Shown one piece after another: positions 21,402 through 31,842 of a DNA stretch of 64,000 nt. Each line of letters opens with the position of its first letter. Positions within the stretch are counted from its first letter, which is position 1. Source of the DNA: Naegleria gruberi (taxonomy: Eukaryota). A program made the translations under genes and the position numbers. The DNA lies in NCBI GenBank assembly GCA_000004985.1, contig GG738874.1; one strand, written 5' to 3'. Under the pieces are notes generated by a model. The model was given only the letters and a program-made list of their open reading frames with translations, was not told the DNA's origin and did no database searches.

Positions 21402-23417
21402 TTAAACTTGTTCGATTGGAATGGCCACCGATACTCTTGGTGAGATATCATCTTGTAGTGCCTCTTCCTTAGTGATGTTTTCAATTCCATCATCTTCTGA
21501 TATATTGTTGGCGGCAATGATTTGTTGATTTGGATCCATGTTTTGGAATTTGAGATGATCCTCAGAGAGTGACTTGGCAATTTGTCTTTCAACTTCATTA
21601 AATAAATCATCTGGGAGAATATCAAAGTATTGGTATTCTTCTAATTGATTGTTGAAAGAGTCAATCTCTTTGACTAGTAGTTCAACATCTGAAACTGACA
21701 CCCTGGAGAGAATAGTTCTAATTTCAGTGTATGGTTCGAGAAATTGGGACCAGATTTCAAAGACAAGATTTTGCTTCTCCTTTTCAATCTTTTTAAGCTT
21801 CTTCTCACTTTTACGAATACTGTGGATCTCAGTTTCTGAGGGTTGATTTTTGATAGAGTCCCTATTCTTTTCTAAAGTCAAGTATTGTTTTGATTTTTCA
21901 AACAAGTCAACTTGTACCTGTACGGATTGAGAGGAAACTTCCTTATATTCACTGACCAAATCAAGGAATAAGAAACTCACTTCCAATTCTGAGGAGTTGG
22001 AGCAATATTGTTTAAATCTTTGCTTTTGGGTTGGATCTTTCAATGTGTCGAGAACCATCGCTGCATTCACTTGTTGTAACTTTTTCTGGTTCTGCTGTGA
22101 GGTCTTTAAACTGATACCAAATATTATGATCACTAAGGGTATGACAATTAAAATGGAGAGACCTAGAAGTGCCAAAGAGGTTACGTTACTGTAAAAACCA
22201 ATGTCTGTCGCATAGATACTTTCATTGAATAACCTATCAAGGAAATCTCTAAACAAAACGCCGTCAGCCATCTCTGCATTCACAAAGTCTGACGAATTCA
22301 TATAGAATTGAGCTACCAATTGATTAGTCACAGATGGAAGTTGTTGCTGATCATTCTTAGTTCCATTCTTTGGTCCTCCTCCACCTCCTGGTGGCTTAGT
22401 ACCACCTCCACCTCCTCCACCTGGAGGTTTAGTACCTCCTTGATTTCTGTCTCCATCTCTGTGAGTTTCGTTTGTGAACTTATTTCCCCAGTCCATGTTT
22501 GTTCCATTGAATGTTAAATTCATGGTCAATTCCCAGACTCTCAAAACATCTAAACTATAAATTGAATTGGGATCTCTTGAACCATTCAGATACATGTACT
22601 CTGTTTCAATGGATGGAATGTTATTCAAAATATTGGTCAATGAATTGGTGAATGATGTTTTGCCATTCCTGAACAATTCTAATGGATACTTGGCTTGTAC
22701 AGAACCTCTATTAAAAGCACCTAATCTCACAGCTGTCTTCATATCATTGTAGGAAGATATGGCTGTAGCTCTATTTGTTAGCAACTGAGCGACTGGAACT
22801 TGGCTCACATAAAAATATTGAAGAATGGTAACTGCTGCAATAGCCATCAACACCACAATATTCAAAACTAAAGCCATCACTGATAACAACGAAACTAATC
22901 CAAACTTGACATCTCTATATCTGGTTGGCAAACAAAAACAGCAGCAAAACACTGAAAACTTGGTACTCTCAATCTTATTAAGAAACTTGCCAAACAATAC
23001 TAGAGTTCCAAACAAGATAATTGCAAGAAAGGATGGTTCTTGGGAGTTGTGATTTGAATCAGTACCTTGACTGCAAGTCTCATTAGCAATGTCCTTCTCA
23101 TTGATTTCCTTCGCTCCTGTTCTACCTTTTCTCTTGAGTGAGTCAATGAATGGAGTTGGTTTCATTGTATTTCCATACATGATTTCATCAATGGCCACAA
23201 CACTGTCATCATTATCATCCATTGAATCGAGAGAACAATCTGTGTTTTGGGAGGAATCTTCAGCAGTGATTGAATTTTCTCTACCTCGCATGCAATGTTT
23301 TGGATCAAGATATTCATTGTTTTGATTGACCTCAGTTGTATTTGTGAGTTGTGGAGCTGAAATGTCATTAGTCCTTTCAACACTAGGTGTTGACTCGGCA
23401 ACACTGTCAGTAATCAT
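21402..23417 (-). CDS. Multi-pass membrane protein with a C-terminal RGS-like domain
   Basis: Hydrophobic helices occur at about residues 120-200 and about 420-445. The extracellular region has N-glycosylation sites and a Gly-rich 'GGTKPPGGGGGGGTKPPGGGGGP' stretch. The cytoplasmic 'QRFKQYCSNSSELEVSFLFLDLVSEYKEV...NLVFEIWSQFLEPYTEIRTILSRV' fits the RGS fold consensus (F..F..SE.SEEN..FW..V..YK ... IY..FL). Confidence 0.5.
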   Translation of the reverse strand: MITDSVAESTPSVERTNDISAPQLTNTTEVNQNNEYLDPKHCMRGRENSITAEDSSQNTDCSLDSMDDNDDSVVAIDEIMYGNTMKPTPFIDSLKRKGRTGAKEINEKDIANETCSQGTDSNHNSQEPSFLAIILFGTLVLFGKFLNKIESTKFSVFCCCFCLPTRYRDVKFGLVSLLSVMALVLNIVVLMAIAAVTILQYFYVSQVPVAQLLTNRATAISSYNDMKTAVRLGAFNRGSVQAKYPLELFRNGKTSFTNSLTNILNNIPSIETEYMYLNGSRDPNSIYSLDVLRVWELTMNLTFNGTNMDWGNKFTNETHRDGDRNQGGTKPPGGGGGGGTKPPGGGGGPKNGTKNDQQQLPSVTNQLVAQFYMNSSDFVNAEMADGVLFRDFLDRLFNESIYATDIGFYSNVTSLALLGLSILIVIPLVIIIFGISLKTSQQNQKKLQQVNAAMVLDTLKDPTQKQRFKQYCSNSSELEVSFLFLDLVSEYKEVSSQSVQVQVDLFEKSKQYLTLEKNRDSIKNQPSETEIHSIRKSEKKLKKIEKEKQNLVFEIWSQFLEPYTEIRTILSRVSVSDVELLVKEIDSFNNQLEEYQYFDILPDDLFNEVERQIAKSLSEDHLKFQNMDPNQQIIAANNISEDDGIENITKEEALQDDISPRVSVAIPIEQV

Positions 23418-23876
23418 TTGGTTTTTTTCAATGAGCTGCAGATTTCATCGACCTGCCAAATAGTGCTCGTTGTATTCTTTCTATTGACTTGAAAAATACC
23501 AGTTCAAACATGAATAAACAAAAAGAGAGTTATCCTCTTTTGCATCCAGATATCCACAACAAGAAGAAAGAACAGACATTTAAATAACAGGGATATCAGA
23601 GAGGAATTATAAAGTGCATCCAGGGCAAGTCTGTTTACCACAATCAAAATTAATGCACAAAAGGGTCTAACGAACAAAAGGATAAGAGTATCTCTTTAAC
23701 CACTCATTTGGTCAACCAATTGAATAAAGTTCAAAGCAAAGAATAAAATGCAAGCACCAATTTACAACAATAATTGAATGTTTGATTGGCTGATTCAAAT
23801 TCCACCTTCAGGTAGATTTTGCCTTTGACAGAGGAAAAATTCAGGTCGGGCAAATAAAAAAACAAATTCAAAAAAA

Positions 23877-25616
23877 ATGAGCAACAAACAAGTGCGGAAG
23901 AAACGGTCGGCATCGTCTTCAAAGAGGAAACGTGTTACACTGCCACATCAACCTTCGACTGAGGAGGAACAACCAACAATAGAGGAGGATATTGAATTGG
24001 ATCATACACCTAAGAAGGTGAAATCGGATGTTGCATTAGAGCCGGAGATTGAAACACCAACAGAAACTGAAGAACCTATAGTAGCAAAAGTAACTTCTGA
24101 TGATTCCGATGATGATCTGTTGAATGATACTTCATTTGCTCAATTTTGTGATCCATCTATTGTTAAGAAAGTAGGATTTAATGAAAATTGCTTGATTGAC
24201 TATGAATATGAGAGGAAATTAATTGAGCAACAGAAAAAGGATATGGATGAAACTTTAAGAGTAAAGAGGATCAATGATGAATTAAATAGATTGATACAGG
24301 AAGAAATTAATAACTCCAACACAAGAATTGATTTGAACAGTTTAACTAATGATCAAAAGAAAGATCACTTGAAGAAATTGATGGAAGGAACAGGTAATGA
24401 AATAGAAATATCGATACTTGAACATGTAAATAACGAAGGGAGTTATGATCAATATTATAAGGATCTTAGAATACAGTTATTTTGTGAGGAAATGAGTAGA
24501 TTCAATGTATTTAAAATTGCGGGCTATGTTTCTGTTAAATCTATTAATGCAGACAATTTTATTTCCGAGTTTGTTCAGTTCTTACAACCAAAATATGAAT
24601 ATTGTGCAGAAAGATATGATTTATTTTGCAATACTATTGAATATTCTGTGCAAGAAATTGGGTCAAATGATATTTTAGATGACTTAGGACTTGCTTGCTT
24701 GCAACCAACAAAGGAAATGAATCAACCTTTTGTTTCAGTTGAAGAGGCTGTTATAGTGCTTGGATTACTTGATAAGAAAAAGTGCATACGCCTACAACGT
24801 TTAATAAGAAAAACAGTAGACTCTTATGTAAATGGAAGGGAAATTGATATTAGTGAACATGATTTAGCTTGTCTAGCCATTCATTTTCTAATTTCTCAAT
24901 ACTTTAATTTCGGTAATTATATAAGCAAGCCAGACACGACTTTAAATCCATATTCAATCTATAGCTCCCTTTCAAAGACAAAACTTATTAATACTACAGA
25001 ATTAACTTTTATTTTGAAAAGTTTGGAAGGCGACTATGCCACGTTAATAACCAATTTATTCAATCTATTTGGTTTCTCTCAAGGAGAGGAAGATTCCACT
25101 CTTCAAGGTGAAACTACCATTGATTCTTTGAATTCAGTTATTCAAAAATATTTTCCTCCCACTTTTTCCAAGTTTTTAATTTCCAGACCATTTTACAATA
25201 CCAGTAAGACAATAATAACTTTTTACAAGAAGTTCTTTGCTTGTATGCTGATTAATGTAACTGGTATTACGGAAATTTCACATGAGGAGATATTTTCCAC
25301 TGATTACGAGTTCAACAACACAACCAATCGTAAATTAGTTACCTCTGTCATACCTATATTGGAACGTCTACTGGAACAATGTAAGGAAAGAAAAGAATTT
25401 GAATTCCCTCTTCTTCATCTCATCAAAAATGTTCTCTCTATTTTTGATATTTGTGCAGATCTTGGAAGAGATTCATCTTTTGTCAGAGATGAATTACTTA
25501 AACTTTCTACAAGTTTAAGACCTCATTTCCAATATTCTGATTTTACATTCCTCAAACTTCAATTCCCTTACCTAGATGCTTCGTTCATGCAAAATTTGAC
25601 TGATGAAGACAGTTGA
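23877..25616 (+). CDS. Hypothetical nuclear protein (579 aa) with a basic NLS-like N-terminus and an acidic region
   Basis: Single long ORF beginning 'MSNKQVRKKRSASSSKRKRV', with an acidic stretch 'TSDDSDDDLL'. No recognisable catalytic motifs. Confidence 0.4.
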   Translation: MSNKQVRKKRSASSSKRKRVTLPHQPSTEEEQPTIEEDIELDHTPKKVKSDVALEPEIETPTETEEPIVAKVTSDDSDDDLLNDTSFAQFCDPSIVKKVGFNENCLIDYEYERKLIEQQKKDMDETLRVKRINDELNRLIQEEINNSNTRIDLNSLTNDQKKDHLKKLMEGTGNEIEISILEHVNNEGSYDQYYKDLRIQLFCEEMSRFNVFKIAGYVSVKSINADNFISEFVQFLQPKYEYCAERYDLFCNTIEYSVQEIGSNDILDDLGLACLQPTKEMNQPFVSVEEAVIVLGLLDKKKCIRLQRLIRKTVDSYVNGREIDISEHDLACLAIHFLISQYFNFGNYISKPDTTLNPYSIYSSLSKTKLINTTELTFILKSLEGDYATLITNLFNLFGFSQGEEDSTLQGETTIDSLNSVIQKYFPPTFSKFLISRPFYNTSKTIITFYKKFFACMLINVTGITEISHEEIFSTDYEFNNTTNRKLVTSVIPILERLLEQCKERKEFEFPLLHLIKNVLSIFDICADLGRDSSFVRDELLKLSTSLRPHFQYSDFTFLKLQFPYLDASFMQNLTDEDS

Positions 25617-26053
25617 TACATCAGTAAGGAGCAATACTAATAGCAGTGTAATTATACAACAACAATTATACCTTACAAATTCGCATCAACCATTTTTGTG
25701 TTTAAAACAGTAGTTTTAATTTCAATTACGAAATGTATTTACTAAAAGGTGACATATGGATGACAGAATGCTGCAGAAATAATTCCACTACAATACTGAA
25801 TATTGGCGGGAGAAGTAAATCAAATCACATCAAACAAGAAATACTCTTCAGTCAACTCTTGTATTGCAGTGTATTCCTATAAATACAAAGCCAATTTTCT
25901 ACTAAAGTGAACTAAACAAAAAAAAGATACAACTCTTGTATTGTATATCTGTAAATTAATTGTAAACAACCTGTACATTCTAGGATTTTGTAAAATAATC
26001 TACTGTATTCAATGAGAACAAGTGCTGTAAAGAATGAGACATGGAATCGTGCA

Positions 26054-29000
26054 ATGATTCCTCGCTCTCTACTAATGCTAAGTTTGATTTTACTTTGGAC
26101 TGTTGCCTTTGTCGAGTCAAAGAAACAACAAACCAAGCCAACTAAATTTGCCAAGATTGTTTGCCCACCTAATTCAAACCTCACTTACACGTTCAAAACC
26201 ACTTCCTTAATTGGAAATCGTGGTCTTGCTTCAAGTAAGAAGGGTTCTTCTGGAAATGTTGAAACTCAACTTTCTGGTGAATTGGTTTTAACTTGTCCAT
26301 CCAGAAAAACCAATGAAAAGTCAGGTCTCATTGATAAGAGTGCTAAGAATAAGAATGTTATTCTCCTCACTTTCAATCAAGTATCCTTCCTCCAATTTCA
26401 AGGTTCTTCAAAGGGTGTCAGTGGTAGAAAATATCGTCGTCTTTTAACTTCAAAAGATATGACCAAGAAAATGAACGAATTTCCAATGATTTTCATTCAA
26501 TCAAAGACTGGTCATATTCAAAAGATGGTTTTCAGACAATCTGAAACTCGTTATATTCGTTCTTTAAAGAAGGGTATTCTCAGATTATTCACTACTGAAA
26601 CTAGACGTCAATCTCGTTCTCAAACTGATGGTGTATTGGGCAAGTATCGTCAAAATTATCACAAGCAATTTAGACGTGGAGTTGTCTCTAAGAAACGTAA
26701 AGGATTGGCAATTTATCAAAAATTCACTCAAGATGATTTCATTTCATTCCTCCCTCCAAGTAAGAGACATTTACATTATGAAGGTGCTCATCTTGTTAGT
26801 GTTTCCTTGAAAAAGAAGGTGATTAGAAAGGCAGGTTTGAGATTGAAGGTCACTTTTGGTCCATCAAAGGAAGTTCACTATGCTTTTAAGGAATTTGAAA
26901 GAATTGCTCATTCAAAGATTAAGAAGGATGATTTAGTTGATAATGAATCCAAGTCAAATGAATTGGAAACTCTATTTGTTGGATCTGTAAAGCTCAAAAA
27001 GGCAGAAAAGACAAGTCAAGATTTGAAAGAAGAAATTGGACAAGTAATTATCAATTTGGAAAAGAATGGTCGTGATGCCAAGTTGGGTTCTCAATTCCAA
27101 TTTGAGAATTCTTTCATGACTAACAAGTATGATAAGAAAGCTATGAATCAAATCAATAGAAGACGTTTCTCTACTAAATTCTTCCGTCGTTTGCTTAATG
27201 CTGCCAAGACAGATCCATCCTTGTCAAGAAATGCTAATTCCTTACTTTCAGCTCTTGCCAAGTATAGCAAATTGCATCCAATCAAGTCTGCCAAGATTTT
27301 GTTAAATGAATTGAAGAAGGGTGTTGACAAGTTACTCAATTCAAATGACATGACAGAAAAGCAAAAGATTTCTCTCAAGAATTATTTGGAAAGCGTTCAA
27401 AACTTGGTTGCTACTATTAGATCTACTCCAATTCAAGAAAAACTTATCAAACTCTCTACTTTGCATCCATATTTGGCTAAAAATTACATTTACTCATCCG
27501 TAGTTGTTCCAACTCCACCAAAGTCTGCCTTCTCTTTCTTAAAGCTATTGAAATCAAAGGGCCTTAGCGCATTCTCTCGTAGAGGAAACAAAAAGTTCAA
27601 ATTCTCATCTCAAATGAATGAAGATGTCAAGAAGAACGCCTTCATGGCCTATGCTGACCTCGCTCACAGAATTAGAGATAACAGAGTTCAACAACATATT
27701 GTCAAGGAAATTCTTACCAAGATTTCTGCTTCAACCAATTTGAATGAACTCCAAACTTATATTCATGCTTTGAATAATGCTGGTAAAGGTGTTGATATTG
27801 AAATTATCAGATCATTCTTGACTGATAAGAGAATTCCAGACACTATTAAGGTTTTACTTGCTGACAATTTGAAGAAGCGTCAAACTGATGAAAGTGCTGT
27901 CGATAGTTTGATCAATTCATTGGTTGTTACTAAGGGTTTGAGCTCTGTTGTTAAGGCCTCTCTCATCAATGCTCAAACTGAAAGAGAAAAGCATCTCAAA
28001 TCGGGTGCTTCAGTTACCCACTTTTCTAAGGCCCATAAGAAGAATAAGAGCGAGGAAATTAGAACTGCTGTCAAGAATTACTTGTACACTGTTGGTACTA
28101 AACAATCAGGTGAACAACTTTCAAAGGCATTAAAGATCAAGAATAAGACCTCTAATGCTCTTGCTAAAAAGGTCAAGAAATTCCAATCCAGCATTGAATC
28201 CCGTGCTCTCCTTTCTCATGAAGATTTGACACTTTTAGAAGCCTTTGATGAAATGGAAAGAGCTCAAGTTTTGGGTATTGGAAGATTTTTCAGAAGATTG
28301 GGTTCCAGAATTAAGAGTGCTGCTAGAGCTGTTGGTGGTGCTGTCCGTAGAGCTGCAAGGGTTGTTGGTAGAGGTGTTGCAAGAGCTGCCAGAGCTGTAG
28401 GTAGAGCAGTTGTTACAGGTGCCAAAGCTGTTGCTAAGGGTGTTGTTAAAGCAGCCAATTGGGTCAAAGAAAAGGTTGAAGCAGCTATTAATGCTGTAAC
28501 GAATGTTGTCAATAAGATTAAGAGCTATTTCGGTCCTGCCACCTTTGCAAATCAACAAGCTTGCATCAAAGTTAGTGTTGACAGTGAAATGTGTTTGAGA
28601 GAATCAACATTCATTGAATTCATTAGAAAACAAGGTGACATGAGTACAATTAAGAAGGCCAAACATTTCAGTTTCGAAGCCCTAGTCGGATGTCAAAGTA
28701 TTAATGTTTACACTGGTTTCCTTGTCTATGCAGGTGCTTCATTCGAATGTAGTGCTGAAAATAGTGGAATTGATATTCTCTTGTTGGCTAAAGCCAAGTT
28801 AAATGCTAAGCTTTTCAGTAAGGAATTTGTTGTCATTGATGGTAGTGCTGAATTGACCAAGAGAGGTGAACAACCATTAACTGATAACATTTATCTCAAA
28901 GTTTTCCAAACTACATTTGTAAATGGTAACTTTGTTCCTGAAAAGATTAGAAAGGTCATTGATGCATGTTTCTCTGAAACTAAACCAATCTTTGAAAAGA

Positions 29001-30409
29001 GATTCCCAAAGCTTTTCAGTTACAATATCCAAATAATGGCTGGACCTATCCCAATATCCTTCAATTTTAATACTGCTTTAAACACAGGAGTTGAGTTGAA
29101 ATATGGTATCTGTCTTGCAAAATTGGAAGCCAGTTCTTCATTGGAGCCATACGTTTCATTGGAACTTACAGGTTCTGCCTCAGTTGGAGTGCCAGTTGCC
29201 AAAGCTGGAATCAAATTGACTGCAACCATTACTTACAGAATTATTCCACGTATTGCTTTTGAAAAGTGTAATTTGTGTGCCATGTTGCAACAACGTTTAG
29301 ATGGTGTGAAGTTTGATGTAGGTTTGTCTGCAACATTCATGAAATGGACAAAGAATTGGGATTTCTACTCAAAGCAAACAAAGCCATACGTCAAGACCTT
29401 ATTCGAAAAGTGTGTTAGCTCAACTGGATATAAGCCATCCAGCAACGATTCTCCTCTCCAATTTACTAACAAACGTGATTCAGAACAACCAGAAGCTGCT
29501 GCTTCTACCGATAGTAGTGCTCCAGAACAGAATCCACAAGGATACAATACTGAAGGTGCCCCAAGTACTAAGAATGTTGCTACTGAAGGTCCAAGTAAAT
29601 TGAGAAAGAAGGTTGGTAGTGCATTGTCAAAGAAGGCCACTTCCTATCAATCCATGTTTGGTCCAAATGCTGAAAAGATTGCAGTTTCTGGAGGTGCTCC
29701 ACCAAAACCAAGCAAGCAAACTTTGAGAAGTCCAGTCACCAGTCAAAGAGATGTTGTCTGGTCAACTGCATTCTTGAAGCAAAAGGTTCCAGCTGCAGCT
29801 ATTAAGGATCTAGGACTTGAAAAGTTGAGAAGACTTCCAAAGGAATACTTTGAGATTAAGAGTGAAGATAGAGCAAAGATTCCAAATGAAATTTTGCTTC
29901 TCCCACCTGCTGATTTCATTAAATTCCTTGGAAAATTACCAGATCGTTATCAAAAGTCAACTGAAACTGAAATACCAAGCAATGCATCTGTCAAGGTTTG
30001 GTCTTCTGAAGTTTTAGAAAAGCAAATTCCAAAGCAAATTTATAGTAAGGTTCCACTCAGATATTTGAGACACTTGTATCCTGATATTCTTCAAATCCGT
30101 AAACGTGTCATGTTACAAATCCCATCAACATCCTATACTCAAGGAAATAAGGGAATTGTCACTTGGGTCTGTAAAAATTATGGTGATTTGTGTAAGACTT
30201 TAGTTGAATCTATCAAGAAGAACGAAGAGGTTGACTATTCTGATTTGCTCAGTTTGATTCCAGCCGAACAACCAAAAGTTGTCTCCTCGAAATCATCACC
30301 AAAATCAAACAACTCAACTAAGGCAAGCAGAAATCCTAAAGGAAGAGATTATTTCTCAAGAGGAAGACCAGTTGAACTCGACATCGAATTCCATAGAATT
30401 AAACAATAG
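26054..30409 (+). CDS. Large secreted protein, possibly of the large-lipid-transfer-protein (vitellogenin/apolipophorin-like) family; contains an internal Arg/Ala/Val-rich amphipathic repeat
   Basis: The signal peptide is 'MIPRSLLMLSLILLWTVAFVES'. The N-terminal 'TYTFKTTSLIGNRGLASSKKGSSGNVETQLSGELVLTCPS' and 'ETRYIRSLKKGILRLF' resemble the start of the LLTP N-sheet. The single ORF is about 1450 aa with a basic C-terminus. The family assignment is tentative. Confidence 0.5.
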   Translation: MIPRSLLMLSLILLWTVAFVESKKQQTKPTKFAKIVCPPNSNLTYTFKTTSLIGNRGLASSKKGSSGNVETQLSGELVLTCPSRKTNEKSGLIDKSAKNKNVILLTFNQVSFLQFQGSSKGVSGRKYRRLLTSKDMTKKMNEFPMIFIQSKTGHIQKMVFRQSETRYIRSLKKGILRLFTTETRRQSRSQTDGVLGKYRQNYHKQFRRGVVSKKRKGLAIYQKFTQDDFISFLPPSKRHLHYEGAHLVSVSLKKKVIRKAGLRLKVTFGPSKEVHYAFKEFERIAHSKIKKDDLVDNESKSNELETLFVGSVKLKKAEKTSQDLKEEIGQVIINLEKNGRDAKLGSQFQFENSFMTNKYDKKAMNQINRRRFSTKFFRRLLNAAKTDPSLSRNANSLLSALAKYSKLHPIKSAKILLNELKKGVDKLLNSNDMTEKQKISLKNYLESVQNLVATIRSTPIQEKLIKLSTLHPYLAKNYIYSSVVVPTPPKSAFSFLKLLKSKGLSAFSRRGNKKFKFSSQMNEDVKKNAFMAYADLAHRIRDNRVQQHIVKEILTKISASTNLNELQTYIHALNNAGKGVDIEIIRSFLTDKRIPDTIKVLLADNLKKRQTDESAVDSLINSLVVTKGLSSVVKASLINAQTEREKHLKSGASVTHFSKAHKKNKSEEIRTAVKNYLYTVGTKQSGEQLSKALKIKNKTSNALAKKVKKFQSSIESRALLSHEDLTLLEAFDEMERAQVLGIGRFFRRLGSRIKSAARAVGGAVRRAARVVGRGVARAARAVGRAVVTGAKAVAKGVVKAANWVKEKVEAAINAVTNVVNKIKSYFGPATFANQQACIKVSVDSEMCLRESTFIEFIRKQGDMSTIKKAKHFSFEALVGCQSINVYTGFLVYAGASFECSAENSGIDILLLAKAKLNAKLFSKEFVVIDGSAELTKRGEQPLTDNIYLKVFQTTFVNGNFVPEKIRKVIDACFSETKPIFEKRFPKLFSYNIQIMAGPIPISFNFNTALNTGVELKYGICLAKLEASSSLEPYVSLELTGSASVGVPVAKAGIKLTATITYRIIPRIAFEKCNLCAMLQQRLDGVKFDVGLSATFMKWTKNWDFYSKQTKPYVKTLFEKCVSSTGYKPSSNDSPLQFTNKRDSEQPEAAASTDSSAPEQNPQGYNTEGAPSTKNVATEGPSKLRKKVGSALSKKATSYQSMFGPNAEKIAVSGGAPPKPSKQTLRSPVTSQRDVVWSTAFLKQKVPAAAIKDLGLEKLRRLPKEYFEIKSEDRAKIPNEILLLPPADFIKFLGKLPDRYQKSTETEIPSNASVKVWSSEVLEKQIPKQIYSKVPLRYLRHLYPDILQIRKRVMLQIPSTSYTQGNKGIVTWVCKNYGDLCKTLVESIKKNEEVDYSDLLSLIPAEQPKVVSSKSSPKSNNSTKASRNPKGRDYFSRGRPVELDIEFHRIKQ

Positions 30410-31792
30410 ATAACGTTTCATGAATAAATTTCAATTAAATTCATATTAGCTAGAATTATTATTGGACTTGAAATCTTTGATATGCAACATTCCATTGTTG
30501 TTTCAAAGCCAAAACGAATTGATCAATGTTACCATCATAGGTTTGGTCCAATTGTTGGGGAAGTCATCAAAATTACACACCCCGTGTTTTTACCACCCTC
30601 TCCCCTCAATGTTATTTCCCTGTTCAATTCCTGTTGCAGGAATGAATTTTCATTGTAAAATCTCCCACCACCAAAACCCGTTACATCAATAAATATTTTG
30701 ATGAGAAAAAATTCATCAAAGCACTCCACACCAACATTCACCATCTTTTATTATTTATCTGCACTCATGTAATAAGTACTCCATCCTTCAGGTGGATTTC
30801 TTCTCATCATTCTGTTTCTTCTTCGCCAGTTTTCAAGCCAAGTCGACATTTCCTACCAAATTCCACAAGTACCAAAAGGTTAAAGTTGAGGGTAGGTTCT
30901 CCACCTACAATTACATCCAATGGTGATGTGTTTGGTGGTTTGCCTAAGTGCTGGTAGAGAAAACATACTCGGGTGGTAAATCTTCCATGCAGCCAACTGT
31001 TGTTCACCTCCAACAAGATGTTCTTGAAATTACTACTTTTCTTGCTTTCAACAATCTCACAACCATCAAGATGCTGTTTTGGGAGCAACAACCATAATTT
31101 CGGTCATTTCATCGAAAAATCTACCTGAACAAACAATCAATTTCCTGAACGTTTTCACATTTCATGCTATTTCCAAATAATAAACATGACTTTGAATTAG
31201 TAGTATTATTAATTATTTAATTAATTTAAGAATTATTTTAATTTTGTAATTATATTATTTATTAATATTAATTATTTCCTTTTTTAATTTTTCTCAACCA
31301 CCCTCATGTCCGACGTATTAAAAGATACCCAATTTTCAAAACACCCCTCCTCCAAGTGTAATTTTGATGACTTCCCTTGTCGTTTTCGTCTTTTGCAGTT
31401 TAGTTAAAGTAATTTTAGCAAAACAACTGAATACATATTATCTACTAATATTAAAATAAGTGGTCCGAATGTTTATGTAATATGGAGGAGGAGATTATTG
31501 ACAACAATTGCTTAAATTTTCATCATCATTAAAATTATTTCCCGCCATCACAAGCCATTAAAATTTTTTTTAGAGAATTTGACTACCAAATAAAATGAGG
31601 TATTTTGTTGTTTCTCAATTACGGCAGTATATTGTGTTATGATGTTTTCGATGTGGCATGATGAGAGGAATGTAATCAGAGATTTGCCATCAAAGGAGGT
31701 CAAACAAGAAAGCAAATGGTGCTTTCCTTGCAGGGCCAAATTTCATGTATATTATTAATTAATTATTATTAGAAAAAGAATTTTATGATGAC

Positions 31793-31842
31793 NNNNNNNN
31801 NNNNNNNNNNNNNNNNNNNNNNNNNNNNNNNNNNNNNNNNNN
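31793..31842. other. Assembly gap (run of 50 N)
   Basis: Literal N characters lie immediately upstream of the in-frame open 5' end of the cyclase gene. Confidence 0.99.

Noticed and set aside
28264-28512. Minus-strand 82-aa Ala/Leu/Thr/Pro ORF, and the 28235..28558 minus ORF.
   Set aside because: They are antisense to the Arg/Ala/Val repeat in the large secreted protein. GC-rich triplet periodicity creates open frames on both strands.
30807-31091. Minus-strand 94-aa ORF and the nearby small peptide 'MMRRNPPEGWSTYYMSADK'.
   Set aside because: No recognisable domain and no splice context, so it is likely non-coding sequence between the large secreted gene and the gap.
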